Assembly (NCBI GenBank): GCA_963596815.1
Contig: CAVBNV010000001.1
Coordinates: 129,307-193,306 of the forward strand
Direction: 5' to 3'
Origin: Oscillospiraceae bacterium
GTDB lineage: Bacteria; Bacillota; Clostridia; Oscillospirales; Ruminococcaceae
Length of the DNA: 64,000 nt
The notes below the pieces were generated by a model. It was not told the origin of the DNA and did not search any database. It saw nothing but the letters and a program-made list of their open reading frames with translations. Shown here in pieces: positions 59,069 to 64,000 of this stretch (within the stretch, counting starts at the first letter, position 1; each line of letters begins with the position of its first letter). The position numbers and the translations under genes are program-made.

Positions 59069-62000
59069 ATGGAAAAATACAGTGTCAAAAAGCCTTTTAC
59101 AGTGCTTGTGGCAGTGGTGATGGTGCTGATCCTTGGGTTTGTGGCAATCACAAAAATGCAGACAAATCTTTTGCCGGATGTCAACACGGCGTACCTGATG
59201 GTCGTTACAGTGTACCCGGGTGCAAGCCCGGAGCGTGTAGAGAGCGAAGTTACCAGCGTGCTTGAAAATGCGCTTACGGTGCCGGGTGTGGAAAAAATAA
59301 CGTCAACCTCGGCAGAAAACTACAGCTTACTGCAGATACAATTTGCTGACGACACGGATATGAACAGCGCACTTGTAAAAGTGTCCAACAAGCTCGACCA
59401 GGTAAAATCGGACTTGCCGAGCACCGTTCTGACACCGTCGATTATTGAGTACAGCTTGAACATGAATGCATTCATGACGGTCGCGGTCAGCCGTGAAGGC
59501 AGTGATATGTACGAGCTTTCAAGCTTTGTGGAAGACACGATGGTGCCCTATGTGCAGAGAGAAAGCGGCGTTTCCAGTGTGTCGGCAAATGGCCTGATCG
59601 AAAAGATGGTTCAGGTACAGCTCAACCAGGAAAAAATTGATGCGATCAATGCAAAGCTGCTGGAGCAGGTCAACTCGCAGCTGGCGATTTACAGCGAACA
59701 GCTGAAGAGCGCTGAGGCGCAGATTGAGCAGGGACGCAAGGAATATAACAAGCAGTACGATAATTTTGGCAATACTGTGTCTAATACGGTGATGGCACAG
59801 CTGACCGATGAGGTTGGAGAAGCGGTCGATGTGGTGCGCAAGCAGGCAGAGGCTTTGCTGGAAAGCGTAAACCAGCTGATCGCAATTGTAAAGGAGCCGG
59901 AGATTCAGCAGGCGCTGATCGAGGTGCAGCAGGGCCTGGAAAAGGTACTGGATGAGTTTAACCAGACAGGTCTGCGTGACATTGACTCGTTGATCGAAAT
60001 CGTTTCGGAGCTGCGTGGCATCACAGATAAGCTTACGGCGGCACTGCAGCAGCTGCAGGAACGCGTCGGTACGGGAAGCGAAGATGAAGACGGCACTGTT
60101 GCAGACCTGGTAGACGAGCTGGAATTGCAGAAGAGCCTGAATACAATCTATTCCACGCTGGAAGATACGATCAAGGCGATGGACAACGTGCCGCAGCTGA
60201 CAAGACAGTTCTCGGATGCGCTGGGCAGCTTTACCCAGCAGCAGCTGCAGGCTTACATGCAGTTTACAGAGGCTCGTGAGAAGCTGAATGAATACGAGCA
60301 GCAGCTCGAGGACGCAAAGCAGGCATACGAGGAGGCAAAAGAAAAGGCACTTGCAAGCGCAGATGTTGCAAAACAGCTGGATATTGATACGCTTGCGACG
60401 TTGATTTATGCGCAGAATTTTTCGATGCCGGCAGGCTATGTGCAGGACAGCGACGGACAGTCGTGGCTGCTGAAGGTCGGTGAAGAGTACGACAGCGTCG
60501 ACGATATCAAGGGCGCTTTGTTGCTGCACGTGGAGGGCTTTGGAGATGTCCGTTTGTCGGATGTGGCAGATGTTGAGGTTATTGACAATGCGGCAGACAG
60601 CTATACCCGCCTGAACGGTGAGCGGGCAGCCGTGTTGAAAATCTATAAAAATGATGCATCCAGTGCCAGCGATGTTTCCAGCAATTGTCTGAATGCGTTC
60701 AGCGAGCTGGAAAGCCAGTATGACGGATTGCATGTTGTCGTCCTGTCCAACCAGGGCAATTACATCACAATTATTGTAAAGAGCATTCTCAGCAGTATGG
60801 CTGTCGGTGCGGCACTGGCAATCATCGTGCTGGCAATCTTCCTGAAGGATATCAAGCCAACGCTTGTTGTCGGCATCAGTATTCCCCTGTCAGTTTTGTT
60901 TGCCGTTGTACTGATGTACTTTACCGGGTTGGACATGAACGTCATGACGCTTGCCGGACTGTCGCTGGGCATTGGTATGCTGGTGGACAACTCGATCGTC
61001 GTTATCGAAAATATCTATCGTCTGCGCAGCCGCGGGGTGCCCGCAGCGCGTGCGGCGGTGCAGGGTGCAAAGCAGGTGGGTATGTCCGTTGTGGCTTCCA
61101 CGCTTACCTCTGTGTGCGTTTTTTTGCCGGTCGTGTTCTCCTCAAGCCTGATCAAGAGCTTGATGCAGCCGATGTCGATGTGCATTGGATACTGTCTGAT
61201 GGCGTCGCTGATCGTGGCAATTACCGTGGTACCTGCCGCATCGGCTACAGTGCTGAAAAAGGCGGAGCCGAAAAAGCTTGTCTGGTTTGAAAAAATCCAG
61301 AATGCATACGGCAAGAGCCTTGCATGGTGCTTGAAACACCGTGCGCTGCCGCTGCTTGCTTCAATTGTTCTGCTGGCTTTCTGCGGCTGGAAAGTATTTT
61401 CCATGGGCGTGGAGCTGCTGCCGTCGATTTCCAGCAACGAGGCAATTATTACGCTTTCCACCGACGAAAGCCTGACAAAGGAAGAATCTTATGCGGTTGC
61501 CGGTGAGGTATCGCAGGCGCTGCTCGACATCGAAAACGTACAGGAGGTCGGCATCACAACGGACACCAGCGTTGCGGGCATTGACATCAGCCAGCTCGGC
61601 TTGCCGAGTGCCATTACAGACCTGCTCAATGCTGCAAGCAGCTACGGGAGCTACCAGATCAACGTGATGCTGGACGAAAGCCTGTCCTCGACGCAGATCG
61701 AAACGGCACGTCTGGCGATGGTGGATGCGATCGACGGTATAGATGACTGCACGGGAACGGTTGAGATCTCCGGTATGCAGGAGCTGACCAGTCAGCTTGC
61801 CAGCGGACTTACTGTGAAGATTTACGGCTCGGACAGCGCTGCCCTGACCCAGCTGTCTGAAAAGGTTGTTGAGATGGTCAACGAAACCGAGGGCTTTACC
61901 AATGCCAGCAACGGCCTTGGTGCAGGTGATCAGACCATCAATCTGCACATCGACCGTGACAAGGTGCGTTCCTACGGGTTGACAGTTGCGCAGGTTTACC

Positions 62001-63007
62001 AGCAGATTGCGGCAAAACTGACGACAACGACGACCGCGCAGACGCCGGTAAACATCGACGATACCAGCATGGATGTTAAGATTACAAACAACCTTGACCC
62101 TGTGACAAAAGAAAACCTGCTGGATATCACCTTTGAGACGACAACAATCGGGGCGGACGGAACAACGACGAACGGCACCTGCACGCTTGGCGACATGGCA
62201 GAGATTGTTATCGGAACAGCACCGGATTCGATTACAACGCAAAACCAGACGCAGTTTGTGAAGGTTACCGCAGACACGGAGGAAGGCTATAACACAACGG
62301 TACAGTCGCGCATCCTGAAGAAGAAGCTGAATGAATTTGCACAGAGCTCTGAAATGCCGGAGGGCTGCTCGTTCTCGCTTGGAGGTGAATCGAGCAACGT
62401 AAACTACATGGTGGACGAGATGCTGCAGTGGATGGGATTGGCATTGCCGTTTGTGTACCTTGTCATGGTGGCACAGTTCCAGAGCCTGCTGTCGCCGTTT
62501 ATCGTGCTGTTTACAGTGCCGCTTGCCTTTACCGGAGGTCTGCTGGGTCTGCTTGCAACCGGACAGCAGCTGACGATGATCTCGCTGATGGGCTTTATCG
62601 TGCTGATGGGCACGGTCGTCAACAACGGCATTGTGTTTGTGGACTACGCAAATCAGCTGCGGCTTGGCGGCATGGAACGGCGTGCGGCGCTGGTTGCGAC
62701 CGGCAAAACCCGTATGCGTCCGATCTTGATGACAACGCTGACGACGGTGCTTGCAATGGTCCAGCTGATAACAAGCAACGATATGGCCAGCCAGTTGATG
62801 AGCGGCATGGCCATCGTTATCATCTGCGGCTTGAGCTATGCGACATTGATGACGCTGTACATCGTCCCGATCATGTACGACATCCTGTTCAAGAAGCCGC
62901 CGCTGAATGTGGATATCGGCGACGAAAACGACTTGAGCGATATCCCGGACGATGCGGCCGAGTTCCTTGCACAGGATAACGGGGATACTGCGCCGGCACA
63001 GGCATAA
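59069..63007 (+). CDS. RND efflux permease (AcrB/SwrC-like) with a long coiled-coil insertion
   Basis: YPGASPERVE, GMLVDNSIVVIENI, ASTLT, GTVVNNGIV, RMRPILMTTLTT. Confidence 0.93.
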   Translation: MEKYSVKKPFTVLVAVVMVLILGFVAITKMQTNLLPDVNTAYLMVVTVYPGASPERVESEVTSVLENALTVPGVEKITSTSAENYSLLQIQFADDTDMNSALVKVSNKLDQVKSDLPSTVLTPSIIEYSLNMNAFMTVAVSREGSDMYELSSFVEDTMVPYVQRESGVSSVSANGLIEKMVQVQLNQEKIDAINAKLLEQVNSQLAIYSEQLKSAEAQIEQGRKEYNKQYDNFGNTVSNTVMAQLTDEVGEAVDVVRKQAEALLESVNQLIAIVKEPEIQQALIEVQQGLEKVLDEFNQTGLRDIDSLIEIVSELRGITDKLTAALQQLQERVGTGSEDEDGTVADLVDELELQKSLNTIYSTLEDTIKAMDNVPQLTRQFSDALGSFTQQQLQAYMQFTEAREKLNEYEQQLEDAKQAYEEAKEKALASADVAKQLDIDTLATLIYAQNFSMPAGYVQDSDGQSWLLKVGEEYDSVDDIKGALLLHVEGFGDVRLSDVADVEVIDNAADSYTRLNGERAAVLKIYKNDASSASDVSSNCLNAFSELESQYDGLHVVVLSNQGNYITIIVKSILSSMAVGAALAIIVLAIFLKDIKPTLVVGISIPLSVLFAVVLMYFTGLDMNVMTLAGLSLGIGMLVDNSIVVIENIYRLRSRGVPAARAAVQGAKQVGMSVVASTLTSVCVFLPVVFSSSLIKSLMQPMSMCIGYCLMASLIVAITVVPAASATVLKKAEPKKLVWFEKIQNAYGKSLAWCLKHRALPLLASIVLLAFCGWKVFSMGVELLPSISSNEAIITLSTDESLTKEESYAVAGEVSQALLDIENVQEVGITTDTSVAGIDISQLGLPSAITDLLNAASSYGSYQINVMLDESLSSTQIETARLAMVDAIDGIDDCTGTVEISGMQELTSQLASGLTVKIYGSDSAALTQLSEKVVEMVNETEGFTNASNGLGAGDQTINLHIDRDKVRSYGLTVAQVYQQIAAKLTTTTTAQTPVNIDDTSMDVKITNNLDPVTKENLLDITFETTTIGADGTTTNGTCTLGDMAEIVIGTAPDSITTQNQTQFVKVTADTEEGYNTTVQSRILKKKLNEFAQSSEMPEGCSFSLGGESSNVNYMVDEMLQWMGLALPFVYLVMVAQFQSLLSPFIVLFTVPLAFTGGLLGLLATGQQLTMISLMGFIVLMGTVVNNGIVFVDYANQLRLGGMERRAALVATGKTRMRPILMTTLTTVLAMVQLITSNDMASQLMSGMAIVIICGLSYATLMTLYIVPIMYDILFKKPPLNVDIGDENDLSDIPDDAAEFLAQDNGDTAPAQA

Positions 63008-63027
63008 GCTGAACTGAACCGATTTGA

Positions 63028-63058
63028 CACCGCTTGCGTATGCAGGCGGTGTTTTTTT
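63028..63058 (+). terminator. Terminator after the RND gene
   Basis: acaccgcttgc/gcaggcggtgt followed by T run. Confidence 0.85.
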
Positions 63059-63221
63059 CTCTGGCAAAAAAACCTACAAAAATATTCCTGAAATATTGTA
63101 CGGAAAACATAAACTATTTCAACACAAAAATACGAAATTGTGATATAATCATAAATAACAGTAAAATGCGTAGAATGGTTTTCTGCGCATTCTCCGCAAA
63201 AGTCAAAGGAGGCGAGGCCCA

Positions 63222-64000
63222 ATGGCACAGATTCGCTCAAAGCCCTTCGGTGTGACCAAAGAGGGCGCAAATGTTACGGAGTATACCATCTCGAACCCGG
63301 GCGGGCTGACGGTAAATGTTCTGGATTACGGGTGCGTAATCAAAAATATCATCGTTCCTGCCAAAAACGGTCCGGTGGATGTAGTGGTCGGCCACGATAC
63401 GATGGCGGACTACGAAAATGATTTTCGATCATCCACCACCACGTGCTGCGGTGCGCTGGTGGGGCGTTATGCAAACAGAATTGAAAATGCTGTTTTCAGC
63501 GTTGACGGCCGCACCTATCAGTTGGAAGCAAACAGCGGTAAAAATCATCTGCATGGGTGCTTTCCGTGGAAGATGTACAGTGTGAAATCGTTTGGTGATA
63601 CCTTGCTGATGGAGGCGGAAAGCCCGGCAGGAGAGGAAGGATTTCCGGGTAAATTAAAAATCGCAGTGCGGTATACCCTGACGGAAGATAACATGTTTCG
63701 TATGGATTACCGCGTTTCGACAGATGCAGATACCCTGGTAAACCTGACTACACACAACTATTACAACCTTGACGGCGAGGGGGATGTGCTCGGGCAGAAG
63801 CTGCGGATTTATGCCTCCAATTTTTTGGAGGGCCGCAGTGACGGTTGCCCCACCGGCGCAATTTTGCCGGTGGCCAATACACCGATGGACTTCACGGTAG
63901 GAAAGCTGATTGGCAGCGAAATCGATTCCGGCTATGCACAGACAACGATGGCAGGCGGTGGGTATGATCATTGCTATGTCATCGACCGTGGACGCGGGGC
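63222..64000 (+). CDS. galM: Aldose 1-epimerase, truncated by the window end
   Basis: Manual translation MAQIRSKPFGVTKEG...GALVGRYANRI...NHLHG...EEGFPG...GYDHCY; AGGAGG RBS. Confidence 0.92.
   Translation, partial: MAQIRSKPFGVTKEGANVTEYTISNPGGLTVNVLDYGCVIKNIIVPAKNGPVDVVVGHDTMADYENDFRSSTTTCCGALVGRYANRIENAVFSVDGRTYQLEANSGKNHLHGCFPWKMYSVKSFGDTLLMEAESPAGEEGFPGKLKIAVRYTLTEDNMFRMDYRVSTDADTLVNLTTHNYYNLDGEGDVLGQKLRIYASNFLEGRSDGCPTGAILPVANTPMDFTVGKLIGSEIDSGYAQTTMAGGGYDHCYVIDRGRG

Overview
This window is the chromosomal replication-origin region of a gut Firmicute. It is most likely Faecalibacterium or a close Oscillospiraceae/Ruminococcaceae relative, inferred from gene order, protein sequences and signal-peptide style rather than a database match. 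The core is serS-parB-parA-rsmG-proX-mnmG-mnmE-(GGDEF)-jag-yidC-yidD-rnpA-rpmH on the minus strand and dnaA-dnaN-yaaA-recF-remB-gyrB-gyrA on the plus strand. It has a bipartite oriC, DnaA-trios and three parS sites. The left flank holds a TPP-riboswitch thiW-thiM-thiE-thiC operon, cysK/Rrf2, cidA-lrgB and several secreted or lipoproteins. The right flank holds nudF, rluA, gntR, mntP under a Mn riboswitch, PFOR, mgtE, holB, dac, birA, rsmI, a ferredoxin, ricT, an RND transporter and a truncated galM. I saw no mobile element, CRISPR array, rRNA or tRNA. The most interesting unannotated signals are: (1) two paralogous ~115-120 nt sRNA-like genes with covarying stems, CCGCAA loops and an anti-Shine-Dalgarno/anti-AUG core (47.9 kb and 52.3 kb); (2) a ~330 nt multi-stem RNA in the PFOR 3' region; (3) an MgtL-like leader peptide (MDPDHSPRR) with an SD-sequestering helix upstream of mgtE; (4) an orphan protein with a MAM-type double-glycine leader; (5) a variant DnaA box (TTTTCMACA) matched by substitutions in the DnaA recognition helix, with box clusters outside oriC; (6) an ACG in the cidA start-codon position.
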